Assembly: GCF_964204645.1 (NCBI RefSeq)
Contig: NC_134036.1
Coordinates: forward strand, 10,643,859 to 10,707,858
Source: Tubulanus polymorphus
Lineage: Eukaryota > Animalia > Nemertea
Direction of reading: 5' to 3'
DNA: 64,000 nt
Translations under genes and position numbers: made by a program
The notes under the pieces: model-generated
What the model was told of the DNA's origin: nothing
Seen by the model: the letters and a program-made list of their open reading frames with translations, nothing else
Database searches by the model: none
Part shown: positions 26,294 to 39,168 of the stretch, one piece after another
How the letters are laid out: each line of letters starts with the position of its first letter
How positions within the stretch are numbered: position 1 is the first letter of the stretch

Positions 26294-28412
26294 AAATGTG
26301 TAAACATATAATTTCAATATTCAAACGTTTTAGAAAATATGTTTGATATTAGGAGTATGCAGGTTTCGTGAGATTATCAATTTATAATAGCATAGCTATC
26401 ATATACGGCTCCGCGTCCTCTGATGGCATGTGTATTAGGTGACAATTCAATTCAATTCTTTATTGATCCTTATTACATTGAAATCTCGGGATAAAATTCC
26501 CAAATTCAATAAACACAAGTTTTAAAATAAATTAATACAACATACATGACACACGGGTAATTCATACAGAACAACATAAGCATGTTATTTTAAATGACAA
26601 TGTCTACTTCAACCCACCCAGACTCAAGACTCTAGGATATCGAGTGACAGCCAAACCCGTGGCCCGGGCCGGCTGGCTAGGCCACACGATATGCTCGAAG
26701 TCATGTTGAAGCAGACATCAGAAGAGCTCGTTCTTCAACCATGGAGGCAATGAAGTTGCAGACCAGCTTAGAGGCATGAGTAAATGAAGTCGGTCGCAAG
26801 TTCGCGATCAATTATTGAGAATTTTCAATAAAAAAATCTAAACCACTACTAGAGTCGAAGACCCGCTGTATCATCTACCCAATCGCCAAATCTCATCATT
26901 CCCCAAATTTCTTAAAACTTCGATTTCAAATTTGCAATTCCACATTAGCTTAGCCCAGAAATTATACATTTTTTTCGCAGGCGTCAAATAATTTTCTAAA
27001 ATTAATTTTCTTGTTTATGATTACTTTTACTGTCTGACGTAAGCGTCGTACATTCATTCTACAGTGCTTGAAGATGGGTACTACAGACACGCGTGGATTG
27101 GAAATAGCAAATTCGAACCCACGGTGAGTCGCTTCATCTTTGATATACGGTAATGGTTGAAACACCGAGGTGTTAAAATAATTGTAAACGAAAATCCCAC
27201 GCGCATAGAGACGAGAGAATCGAAATCGACTTTTTTTTCGACGATTATAGTAACCTTTAGGAATATCATTAGTATTCCTGAAGAAAATATCAAATGTTAT
27301 ATTTTTACAAGAAAATTACGATTATTGTAGATTAAAAACAATGGAGAGTATAATTAAATGGGTGATATTCAGTGAAATGATTTGATAAGATTAAGGTGGT
27401 CGATTTTGGCTAAATTGAAAGAAGTTGGTTCCCCGATCGCCGATTTTGTACTTCGATTTAGACCAGAAAATATGCAAAATTCGACAGTTCTGCACCCAAC
27501 CGTAATCGATTCCCTCCTGTCGCTCCCGCCAGGTTGTGGTGAGTTTGTAATGGACACTAAATTAATGCGAATCAAATGTTGTCTATGTAGCGGTTGTAGT
27601 GTAAACATATAAAATAATAATTTAGGTAGTGACTGCAGTTGTCCATAGGTAGCGTAGTCGTAGTCACTCTGCTGTGCCGGGGCGCTCGCTACACGGGTCC
27701 GCCTGGGTCGACCGCACTCGGGTAGTGAATACGGCAAGGAGACTCTTGTCTTCCCCAGGAAAGTAAATTGTATAAACTATGTAGAATTCGTTCCTCTAAA
27801 GAAAAATGTCGCTAAAAAGGGCGCTTAAGCAATACGCTCTCCTCCAAACAGTCGCCTTCCTACTCAACGTAGCCTTAATCTGTGTGGCTTATACAGACCC
27901 CCCAACCCGCTCTCCTCGGAGTAATCCGCTTTAGGGGCTTTCCTCGGACGAAACTCGCAGTGTTGATTACTCGACGGATATGGCTACCCCCATTCCAAGT
28001 GCCCTCTCGCACATAGCTGTCCCCCGTCATCTCAGGAGCTAATTGCGACTCATGCCAGATCTGTCAAACTAGTCGTATGCATAAGTGTTATCGGTAGCGA
28101 CGGTCAATAGGGGGATGATCCTCACGTAAAACTAAATGGGTGAGATGCAGCAGGAAAACAACAGAAATCCTCGTCCTTCCTTCCAGTGCCGGCGAATCAA
28201 ATAAACGCAAGATTCGAAGTTTGATTGGAATGTAGTACGAATTATTAAATATATATATATTTTCTTATAATACAAAATTCATCGTTCTTGATGCCGAGGG
28301 GACATCACGTCCACACGCAAAATACATTGATTCTTTACATTTCGATATATAAAAAGAATGTTCCCTTCTTGGCTTGCAAAGCCTTGGTACAGACAATGTA
28401 CGGTAGCATATA

Positions 28413-28986
28413 AGTAATATAGGTAATGGGCTTTCAAGCCAAAGGTCGAACGGTCGAGCTCATTAAAAAACAAAACATTAAAAGTAATTTAAAACGATAA
28501 TATATTTTCATAACCGTGTGCATTTTATATTATAACTAAATATTTATTCTAAGATATCAATAATTTAAATTTAAAAAGCATATTGTATTAAATCAATTGG
28601 TCGCTCCGCGACCAATTGATTTATTTACAATACACAAATTCATATAATCAAATATATTTTAATAATAATTATTATTCTATTATTCAACTGAAATACACAC
28701 GGTTATGAAAATATATTATAGTTTTAGATTACTTTTAATATTTGTTTTTAATGAACTCGACCGTTCAACCTTTAACCTGAAAGCCCATTACCCCTATTAC
28801 TCTTAAAATAATCATATACATGAATAACATTTAAATTGACAGATTATTCAATATAAAAGTATATATTTACAACATTATTTCAATATTCATATTTGTGTGA
28901 GTTAGATTTTTAAACATTAAAAGTGTTAGTAAAGTGTGATTGAAATAATACATGATATAAATCATTGAACTTCTAAAATCAATTTA
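28413..28986 (+). repeat. Left TIR (~575 bp)
   Basis: Reverse complement of 50066-51442 once the MITE is removed. Confidence 0.92.
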
Positions 28987-29008
28987 AAAAAAAAAAATTG
29001 ATATTAAA

Positions 29009-32000
29009 ATGGAAGCAAATAAGTACTACTGTCCAACATGTAATATCAATATAGATAAATCCCAAAAAGCAAGACACAATAAAACTAAAACACATTTAGA
29101 GAATAAATTGAAATTAGAATATGAAGATGATATATTAGAAACTAAATTAGATGAATTAAAGAATGAAAAAGAAACATACAAATGTGATACACGTAATCAA
29201 TCATTCAGTGATAAAAGATATTATAATGAACATTTAAAATCTAAAAGTCATATTAGAAATAAGAATAATGATATTTTAGGTGAAGATTATTTTGATAAAG
29301 ATAATGATAAGAAACAGAAGACAATTAAAAGCATAAAAATAAATTAAACAATAAAAGACCATATATGGAAGATGTAAGAAATTATATTAATTCATTAGAT
29401 AATAAAAAAGATATAGAGATAACCGAAGCATTTAAAAGTGATATTGTTCCAGCAGCTATTGAGTTTAAATTTCATAAAGGAAAAACATTAGAAGAAAATA
29501 AAAAACATTTAGAAAATATGAAAGAAATAATAAAAATAATAACTGATGTTGAATATCCTAAAATAAGTATTTCATCAAAAGTTAAATTCGTAAAATCTGA
29601 AGATAAACCAATATATAATATAAATTCTCATTCACAACATATTATATCTAAACAACATATAGATGATAAATTAGATAAATGTTATAATGAAGTAAAAACT
29701 AAAATAGAAGAGAAATATTTTGAAGGATCTGGTTTAATATTTGATAAAATAATATTTATGACTTTACATGTTTATAACACAAAATATAATAAGTTAACTA
29801 AATCGAAACCAATTGATGAAAATAATGTATCATATTATAAAGAACCAGATATTGAAGCATCGAGTTATATTAAACTACCATTTAAAACTAATGCTGTTAT
29901 AAATGTACAAAATGAAGATGATAAATGTTTTCTATGGGCTATAATAAGTTGTTTACACCCAGTTGAAGATTATAAACAACATAGTTTTAGATTAACTCAT
30001 TATAAACAATTTGAAAATAATTATAAGATGGATAAGTATCCTGTTATAATTAAAAACATCCCAAAAATAGAAAGAGATGATATAAATGATATAAAGATAA
30101 ATGTATTTAATTTAATCAAATTGCCAAATACAAAAGGTAACAACATAAAACATTATACATTAGAACCTTTATATCTATCAAAAGATTATGATTCAAATGA
30201 TGTTATAGATATACTATATTATGAGAATCATTATATGTGGATTAAACAAATCGATTTATTTTTTAAATCAGAAAATGATCACCATAAAATATATCTTTGT
30301 AGAAAATGTTTACATAGATTCAGTAATGAAAGTTCATTATAAAATCATAAACAATTATGTGAAAATCATGATTATTGTAAATTAGTTTTACCAAATGAAA
30401 AGGATAAAACATTAGAATTCAAAAAATATGATTACAAAAATAAAGTACCATTTGTAATATATGGAGAATTTGAATCATTAAATAAAGAACTAACTGATCA
30501 AGATAGATAAGAAATATATTATAAGAGAAAGAAATTAAATTCTAATGAAAATGATTTTTCAGATGAACCACCAAAAACAAATACTATTAAAAAGATTCAT
30601 CAATCAGCTGCTGCTTTCGGGTTATATATAAAATCTGATTATCCAGAACTAATTGAAAGTGAATATTATAATTACAGAAATGAAAATGTTATCAATCATT
30701 TTTGTGACTTATTAATTGAATATGAAATAAGATTTAATGAAAAGTTGAATAAGAATATAGAAATTATAATGACAGAAGAAGATAAAGAAGAAAGTTTGCA
30801 GATAAATGTTATTATTGTGAAAAGATATTTAATTATAAAATGTTGAATTAAAAAATGAATATGTTAAAGATGAAGTCTATAATAGAACATTGAATATTTG
30901 GAATCATTTCAAAATAGAAAATCATGGGCAATTATTTATGATTTATATTTAAAATCAGATGTATTATTATTAACCGATATATTCGAAAGGTTTAGAGATG
31001 TAAATCTAAAATATTTCGATATTGATCCATGTCATTTTTATTCTAGTCCAGGTTTAACTTGAGACTGTGGGTTAAAATTTACTGATATAAAAATGGATTT
31101 GTTAACAAATATAGATCAATAATTATTATTTGAAAAATCTATAAGAGGAGGTGTTTCAGGTGTATTAGGTGATAGATATTTCAATGTAAATGATAACCCT
31201 GGATATAAGTTATTATATATAGATGCAAATAATTTGTATGGTTGGGCAATGATGGAACCACAACCTTATGGAGTATTTGAAATAAGTGAAGTTTTACAAC
31301 GTGAAAATAATGATAAATTTGATTGGAAGAAAAGAATCCTAGATATTGCAGATGATTCGGATACTGGTTACTTCTTTGTTGTAGATTTAGAATATCCTGA
31401 AGATAAAAAATTTAAATCTAGAAATCTAGCTTACTGTCCCGAACATAAAACTGTAACTCATGAAGAATTATCAAATTACCAAAAAAGAATTAAACCCGAA
31501 AATCATATTCATACAGAAAAGTTAATGGTAACTCAAGAAGATAAATATGATTATGTAGTACATTATAGAATGTTAAAGTTTTATTTGAATCAAGGAATGA
31601 TCCTAAAAAAGGTACATAGATATATTTCATTTAGTCAATGTAAATGGTTAGAAAAATATATAGATTTTAACAACAAACCGAGAACTGAAGCTAAAACTGA
31701 TTTCGAGAAAGATTTCTTCAAGTTAATGAATAATGTATTCTATGGTAAGACTTGTGATAATATTAGAAATAGAAATGATATTGAGTTAGTTAGTAATGGT
31801 AAAAGAATTAGACATTTATAAACATATCCTAAGTTCATTGGCAACAGAATATTTGATGAAAATTTAGCCGCAGTTAAGATGAGAAGAACTTCTATGAAAT
31901 TTAATAAACCAATCTATGTTGGCGCTTCAGTTTTAGAATTATCAAAATTACTTATGTATGAATTCTATTATAATGTATTACAACCACTTTTTGGAGAAAA

Positions 32001-32556
32001 ACATATAGAAATCTTATATTTTGATACCGATTCTTACATATTAAAGATAAAAACTGATAACATAACTGATGATTTAAAAACATTAAAACATCATTTTGAT
32101 TTTAGTAATTATCCTTAAGATCATGAATTGTTTAGCAATGATAATAAAAAAGTTCCCTGTAAATTCAAAGATGAATTAGGTGGTGAAGAAATGATTGAAT
32201 TCATCGGTATTAGATCTAAAATGTATTCATATAAAACTAAAGAACATGAAGCTAAAAAGTTAAAAGGAATAACCAAAAGTGTAGTAGAAAAGAATATTCA
32301 TTTCAAAGATTACATCAATTGTATATTCAATGAAGAAGTTAGAAAACATAAGATGAGATGTTTAAGATCTGAAGATCATGAAATGTTTATTGAAGAAATA
32401 GAGAAGATAAGTCTAAACCCATTTGATGATAAAAGATATATTTTAGATGATGGAATTCATACAGTTGCTTATGGTTGCAATTTAGATGAATACTTAAAAT
32501 TTAAAAGAGAAGAAACAAAAGAGAACGAGATAATGAAAAGAATTCTAACGTGTTAA
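29009..32556 (+). pseudogene. Protein-primed family B DNA polymerase with N-terminal zinc fingers; many stops and an apparent internal deletion
   Basis: INVQNEDDKCFLWAI, YIDANNLYGWAM, KLMNNVFYGKT, YFDTDS, KFKDE, RSKMYS, SLNPFDDKRY. Most of the exonuclease region appears missing near 30850-30900. Confidence 0.93.
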
Positions 32557-32899
32557 TCAAATTTTAATAAAAATATGTATTATAAATGGAGAGTAAACAA
32601 ACACACAGTGAGAACAACAAATTATTTCTAGATAGAATAAAAGATACTACAAATGTAAAATCAGTAGATTATAAATTTAAGAAGTTAACAGAATTAACTA
32701 TTCATAAGAAATATCTAATTACAAATATTGATACAGTTACTAATAACTATGGAGATAAATTAGTTATACACTTAGAATATGAAGGATTAAAAGGGAATAC
32801 ACATAAATTCAGTACATATTTACCAGATAGATTTCATAGATTATCAAGTGAAGATTTAGAAGAATTATGTTCTGGAGATTTATATTTCGTATACAAAGG

Positions 32900-35054
32900 C
32901 AGGGAAGTGTGATGAGATGGAATACGGACGCTTTTAATTGCCGGATGTAGGCTATTCAATTCAGCCCGTACATCAAAGGTTACCGCAACAGCAGTAAGCT
33001 ACGCTTATCGAGTGTGTGTTACCAGCTGAACACCATTCAACATCAACTTTGATTCGGTCGCAGAACAACCCGCAATAGTTTTAGCCCGATAAATGTTCTG
33101 CGATCGATACTACGCATGCGCACTGCAGTTCATTGAACAACGTGGAAGTGGCTGTGTATACACATATTTTTCTTTAGAAAATCGGCTGAAATTCAACAAT
33201 TTCTCGTAAAATTTGTCCAAAAAGGTATGTATTTTTATTCTTCTATATCTCCGAAACCCGGTATCGGAACATTAAGTATTTATATTGTGATTAAAGTCTG
33301 TTTTTATGTGTTAAACATATGTTTTTGCCAGTTCGTTCCGATTCCGGGTTTAGCGTTATTTGGGCCTTGAAGATGTCAAATATTTCGGCCCAGACTCGCG
33401 CAGCTTTCGTTTCTGACGTCATGTTGCTATGTTACGACACAAACATATACACGAAGTATGATCTTTAAAATGTGTATTTACTACATAATAATGTTACTTA
33501 ATAACGCTTACATTAGGCCTACAAATTATTGTCCCCCATATAAACCAAGTTGCCTAAATAGCATCAGCAATCTCATTTAATTAACCTTTTTTTGTTTTTA
33601 GTCATGGATCTTTGTCGATTGTGTGGAAAAAATGCGAAACCTCCGGATCGTCGTCCTATCGATAAAAATAATTTCAAAAGCCATGTGAAGGAGTTGTTCA
33701 ACATTGATTTTGATGATGATACTGAACAGTACCAGATATATATCTGTAATATGTGTCGTGTCAAATTACAAAAATGGCGTAAGAACAAAAACGTTAAAAA
33801 AACTGTCCCTGTTACAATCAAATTAAAACAATGGACATGTAAACCACTGGTTAATTCCAAGGTTGGACGGCGACTTATTTGTAGTCAAAATTTTATCGAT
33901 CGATTTTCCATAATGTACTGCTGCCATTCCATTTGAACTGAATTTAAATACTCGATGGTTAATCACTTCAGTCATAGCCTTTTCCAAATATATAGTGTTC
34001 CTGCGAAAATAATAATAATGATTATTATTTTAACATGTACTTATCTGGATTTTTTATATTATGTTTATGTATTATTTTCTGTATTCGTTTATTATTTTAT
34101 AACCTAAAAGGATTGTATTGATTATAAAAATAAATGTAAAAATACCTGTATGTGTGTTTTCTCGTGTTCAGATCGCAGTCTCTGGTCAGCTGAGCCTGAG
34201 AAGTACCTATATGAAATAGAAAAGGAAAGAATAAAGTGCCTGCAATTAGGTGGAAACTATTCCGATATTTCATTGATTCAAAAGGAATAACACTCACTAG
34301 AATCGGCCGAATTAGTTGATCCTGATCCAGAGGATTCCCGTAATATTTCCGTATCGATCTGAACCAATTCGTCACTATCAGAGAATAGATCGTCAAAATC
34401 GTCATCATTTATAATTTCGTTGACAACCGTTGCCATTTTAATACAGCGGAAAGAACCGATATCACGATTGATAAAACACTATATCCGTCTGAAGCGATGT
34501 AGAGAGAATCCCACAATGATAACGAAAAAGTCCAAAAATGTTAGTAGTTTATTCAACGTTTCGTCCATGTCCTAATAGTCATCTTCAGAAATAATGAATA
34601 CTACAGAAATTATGAAAGATATATACAATCCAGAGACAAAGAGACTAATTCAAGTAATCAGAGATGATACTAACTAAAGGAAAATTAACTTAGAAACAGT
34701 TACACGCTAAAACAGATTAAAGAGAAGCAGTTAAGAGACAAACTAGGGGGCACTTAAATTTAAGACAATTGTGAATACAAGTTGATCGACTAAAATTGAT
34801 GAGGGGAAATCAGGTGTTGAGTTTAACCAGTTTACAGAGGAATTTTTATATAAGTTTATTATGGGATGAAAAACCGATATTCGGAAACAACTGATTTATT
34901 ACAGAGATTCCCGATCTCGCTGGTTATCGCTTATCGGCGCGTTACGTAACAAAGCGCTCGCCGACGAACCGTTATCGGCTTTAGGGCAATTACAACGCAC
35001 ATTCGACAAGAGCTGCACAATAGCGTCCGTATTCCATCTCATCACACTTCCCTG
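32900..35054 (+). mobile_element. Non-autonomous DNA transposon copy 1 (33-bp TIR, 7-bp TSD ACAAAGG)
   Basis: TIR CAGGGAAGTGTGATGAGATGGAATACGGACGCT at both ends; ACAAAGG at 32893-32899 and 35055-35061. Confidence 0.95.
33604..33936 (+). CDS. Truncated zinc-finger protein resembling RAG1 N-terminal / Chapa domain
   Basis: LCRLCG...LFNIDFDDDTEQY(Q/P)IYICNMC; the matching region in copy 2 has a 1-bp frameshift. Confidence 0.6.
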   Translation: MDLCRLCGKNAKPPDRRPIDKNNFKSHVKELFNIDFDDDTEQYQIYICNMCRVKLQKWRKNKNVKKTVPVTIKLKQWTCKPLVNSKVGRRLICSQNFIDRFSIMYCCHSI

Positions 35055-35118
35055 ACAAAGGTAAGAATGAAAAAGGGCACCATGAAATAGATTTCGAATA
35101 AGAAAATACGTAAAATAA

Positions 35119-38104
35119 ATGGTAGAATTAAAAGAATACAGAATATTTGTTGATTCTAGAAAACTTACAAATTATAAATCTCATAATTTACTAGTTCAAT
35201 TAGATAGAGAATTCAAGAATTGTGTAGATTTAAAATTAGTAAATATAAATTTATGTAATTCTTTTTACAATATATCGGATAAAACTATTGAAGATAATAC
35301 TGTTTTAATTCATAATAGAAATGTAGATAAATGGTTTCATCTAATTTTAAAACGAGGATTATATAATTTAGATACATTAGCGCAGGAAATTAATAGAAGA
35401 GCTCGGTTGAAAATGGGTTCATCTGCTGGATTTGGATTAAAACTGATTAAAAGTGATAGCTCCGATAAAACAGGGAAGTGTGATGAGATGGAATACGGAC
35501 GCTATTGTGCAGCTCTTGTCGAATGTGCGTTGTAATTGCCCTAAAGCCGATAACGGTTCGTCGGCGAGCGCTTTGTTACGTAACGCACCGATAAGCGATA
35601 ACCAGCGAGATCGGGAATCTCCGTAATAATTCAGTTGTTTCCGAATATCGGTTTTTCATCCCATAATAAACTTATATAAAAATTCCTCTGTAAACTGGTT
35701 AAACTCAACACCTGATTTCCCCTCATCAATTTTAGTCGATCAACTTGTATTCACAATTGTCTTAAATTTAAGTGCCCCCTAGTTTGTCTCTTAACTGCTT
35801 CTCTTTAATCTGTTTTAGCGTGTAACTGTTTCTACGTTAATTTTCCTTTAGTTAGTATCATCTCTGATTACTTGAATTAGTCTCTTTGTCTCTGGATTGT
35901 ATATATCTTTCATAATTTCTGTAGTATTCATTATTTCTGAAGATGACTATTAGGACATGGACGAAACGTTGAATAAACTACTAACATTTTTGGACTTTTT
36001 CGTTATCATTGTGGGATTCTCTCTACATCGCTTCAGACGGATATAGTGTTTTATCAATCGTGATATCGGTTCTTTCCGCTGTATTAAAATGGCAACGGTT
36101 GTCAACGAAATTATAAATGATGACGATTTTGACGATCTATTCTCTGATAGTGACGAATTGGTTCAGATCGATACGGAAATATTACGGGAATCCTCTGGAT
36201 CAGGATCAACTAATTCGGCCGATTCTAGTGAGTGTTATTCCTTTTGAATCAATGAAATATCGGAATAGTTTCCACCTAATTGCAGGCACTTTATTCTTTC
36301 CTTTTCTATTTCATATAGGTACTTCTCAGGCTCAGCTGACCAGAGACTGCGATCTGAACACGAGAAAACACACATACAGGTATTTTTACATTTATTTTTA
36401 TAATCAATACAATCCTTTTAGGTTATAAAATAATAAACGAATACAGAAAATAATACATAAACATAATATAAAAAATCCAGATAAGTACATGTTAAAATAA
36501 TAATCATTATTATTATTTTCGCAGGAACACTATATATTTGGAAAAGGCTATGACTGAAGTGATTAACCATCGAGTATTTAAATTCAGTTCAAATGGAATG
36601 GCAGCAGTACATTATGGAAAATCGATCGATAAAATTTTGACTACAAATACGTCGCCGTCCAGACTTGGAATTAACCAGTGGTTTACAAAAATTCAAGATA
36701 CATTATGTTCCGCCATTCACATAAGCACTGCGAAAGATTTGGATAAAATGTGGGCAAAGTTTCATGTTGTGATAGTCACAGGGACAGTTTTTTTAACGTT
36801 TTTGTTCTTACGCCATTTTTGTAATTTGACACGACACATATTACAGATATATATCGGGTACTGTTCAGTATCATCATCAAAATCAATGTTGAACAACTCC
36901 TTCACATGGCTTTTGAAATTTTTTTATCGATAGGCCGACGATCCGGAGGTTTCGCATTTTTTCCACACAATCGACAAAGATCCATGACTAAAAACAAGAA
37001 AAGGTTAATTAAATGAGATTGCTGATGCTATTTAGGTAACTTGGTTTATATGGGGGACAATAATTTGTAGGCCTAATGTAAGCGTTATTAAGTAACATTA
37101 TTATGTAGTAAATACACATTTTAAAGATCATACTTCGTGTATATGTTTTTGTCGTAACATAGCAACATGACGTCAGAAACGAAAGCTGCGCGAGTCTGGG
37201 CCGAAATATTTGACATCTTCAAGGCCCAAATAACGCTAAACCCGGAATCGGAACGAACTGGCAAAAACATATGTTTAACACATAAAAACAGACTTTAATC
37301 ACAATATAAATACTTAATGTTGCGATTCCGGGTTTCGGAGATATAGAAGAATAAAAATACAAAACTTTTTCTGGACAAATTTTACGAGAAATTGTTGAAT
37401 TTCAACCGATTTTCTAAAGAAAAATATGTGTATACACAGCCACTTCCACGTGGTTCAATGAACTGCAGTGCGCATGCGTAGTATCGATCGCAGAACATTT
37501 ATCGGGCTAAAACTATTGCGGGTTGTTCTGCGACCGAATCAAAGTTGATGTTGACTGGTGTTCAGCTGGTAACACACACTCGATAAGCGTAGCTTACTGC
37601 TGTTGCGGTAACCTTTGATGTACGGGCTGAATTGAATAGCCTACATCCGGCAATTAAAAGCGTCCGTATTCCATCTCATCACACTTCCCTGGATAAAATA
37701 AGAATAAAATTAGGTAATGAAGATCAACATGCATTTATGGTAAAAAACCTATAGCTAAATTGCTAGGAATTGCACCAGATATTGTTACAGGAAACATAGA
37801 TGGTAATTCAAACTTAATACCTTACACGCACTTTTATATTTATTGCCATTTAATTGATCCTACAAAAACATTCGAAGCAACTAAAGATAGAATTTGTAAT
37901 TCTAGTATATTAAATATTTTACCATTAAAAAATGTTAAAAAATTTGGAACGCGAATAAATTATAATTTAGCTGAATGTGATTTTAAACCTTGCATTCCTA
38001 AATTTAATAATTTTAAATTAGAAATAAGAAATCATAATGGTTATTTAATTGATTTGAATAATTTCCCTGTAATTGATGAATTAGTTATAAGATGTAGAGA
38101 GTAA
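35119..38104 (+). pseudogene. Minor capsid (penton-like) gene split by transposon copy 2
   Basis: NSFYNI...GLYNLDTL..EI then LLG...YIYCHLI...ILPL...EIRNHNGYLIDLNNFPV. The halves join across the TSD, with one further frameshift. Confidence 0.8.
35471..37691 (-). mobile_element. Transposon copy 2, inverted relative to copy 1 (7-bp TSD GATAAAA)
   Basis: Same TIR; GATAAAA at 35464-35470 and 37692-37698; body is the near-identical reverse complement of copy 1. Confidence 0.95.
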
Positions 38105-38121
38105 TTTTTTTCACTATATAA

Positions 38122-38478
38122 ATGAATATAACTGTTGGACCGAGTATATGTTTTGGATTTGATTTTAAACGTGAGAAAGAAATGAAATTTAACGTTAATG
38201 ATGTAATTACACATATCAAAAATATTGCTTTTTCTAATGAAACAACATTTGAGTATGAAACAACAATAAATAAAGAAACTTTAAATGTAGAAAAGATTAC
38301 TAATTTAATTAGAGAATCTTTAAGATTTTATGAATTAGATGAAGATTTTATCATCGATGATATTAAAAAAATAATAATTGAAATATATACAAATGAAACT
38401 AGTAATGAAATAAATGTTGAATTAATCATAAATAAGATAACTAAATATTTTGATGATAGTAATTCTTTTGATAAATGA
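38122..38478 (+). CDS. Polinton hypothetical protein (118 aa)
   Basis: Intact ORF with TAAATG start inside the gene cluster. Confidence 0.65.
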   Translation: MNITVGPSICFGFDFKREKEMKFNVNDVITHIKNIAFSNETTFEYETTINKETLNVEKITNLIRESLRFYELDEDFIIDDIKKIIIEIYTNETSNEINVELIINKITKYFDDSNSFDK

Positions 38479-38701
38479 ATTAGTGATAATAAGTGGATAA
38501 TAACTGGATTATATAATGGAGCATTACTATCAGTTTGGAACAGTTGGTTATTCAATGGTATTAAAAAAAGTATTCAAAATGGGAAGTGTTAATGTTGATA
38601 GATTTGATATCAATGATATTTTAAAATTAACATTAGCAGTTACTTTATCTAATTTAACTATTGATTATTTAGAAAAACAAAAATATATTCCTCCCATATA
38701 A
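38475..38701 (+). pseudogene. Small hydrophobic Polinton protein, frameshifted
   Basis: TAAATG start; ITGLYNGALLSV/GTVGYSMVLKK...DYLEKQKYIP across frames. Confidence 0.55.
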
Positions 38702-38725
38702 ATACATAATTATTTTATTGAATAA

Positions 38726-39148
38726 ATGGCTTCTGCAGTTATAACTATTATAGGATCAGCAATTGTTAACGCTTTAGCATTTACTGGTGGCGGTTAATAA
38801 TTTAAGCATATTGATAAAAATGGATCATTAACAGAACAAAAAAGACATAACTTAGCATTAGAGAAATACAATAAAGCAGCAGAAGAATATAGAGAAAAAA
38901 GACAAAACTATATGGATTATATTAACAAAGAATTATATGATCAGAAGATTTCACATAGAGATTTTCAATCAGTTGATGATGCAATGAGTTTATATAACGC
39001 GGTAACCAATAAAGAAAAATTACATCTATACAAACCTAAATTATCAGATTATTATACCCCAAGTAAAGAACAACAGAAATATGAAATGATATGGATTTTA
39101 GGTGGAACTGTTATTGTTATATTTGTAGCATATAAGTTTACTAATTAG
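38726..39148 (+). pseudogene. Polinton membrane-associated protein with two in-frame stops
   Basis: MASAVITIIGSAIVNALAFTGGG**...EQKRHNLALE...PKLSDYYTPS, then a C-terminal hydrophobic helix. Confidence 0.7.
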
Positions 39149-39168
39149 TAATTTTTTTTGCTAAATAA

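Larger units (their letters stand above)
32586..35100 (+). pseudogene. Small Polinton protein split by transposon copy 1
   Basis: Removing 32900-35054 plus one TSD restores ...LYFVYKGKNEKGHHEIDFE*. An uninterrupted homologue lies at ~51940-52163. Confidence 0.85.

Noticed and set aside
27480-28200. GC-richer block as a LINE 5' UTR or HDV-like ribozyme
   Set aside because: No pseudoknot or coding motif could be established by eye.
28279-28473. ORFs starting MFFNELDRSTFG (also 51382)
   Set aside because: They read out of the TIR by chance; only the LINE-derived part of 51382-51798 is protein-like.
36117-36428. Identical 103-aa ORFs (also 34097-34408)
   Set aside because: Identity reflects the duplicated transposon. 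The likely coding frame starts at 36089 and is spliced.
32900-37691. Calling the nested element ProtoRAG/Transib
   Set aside because: TIRs start CAGGG rather than CAC heptamer-like, the TSD is 7 bp not 5, and no RAG1 core or RAG2 kelch/PHD sequence is visible.
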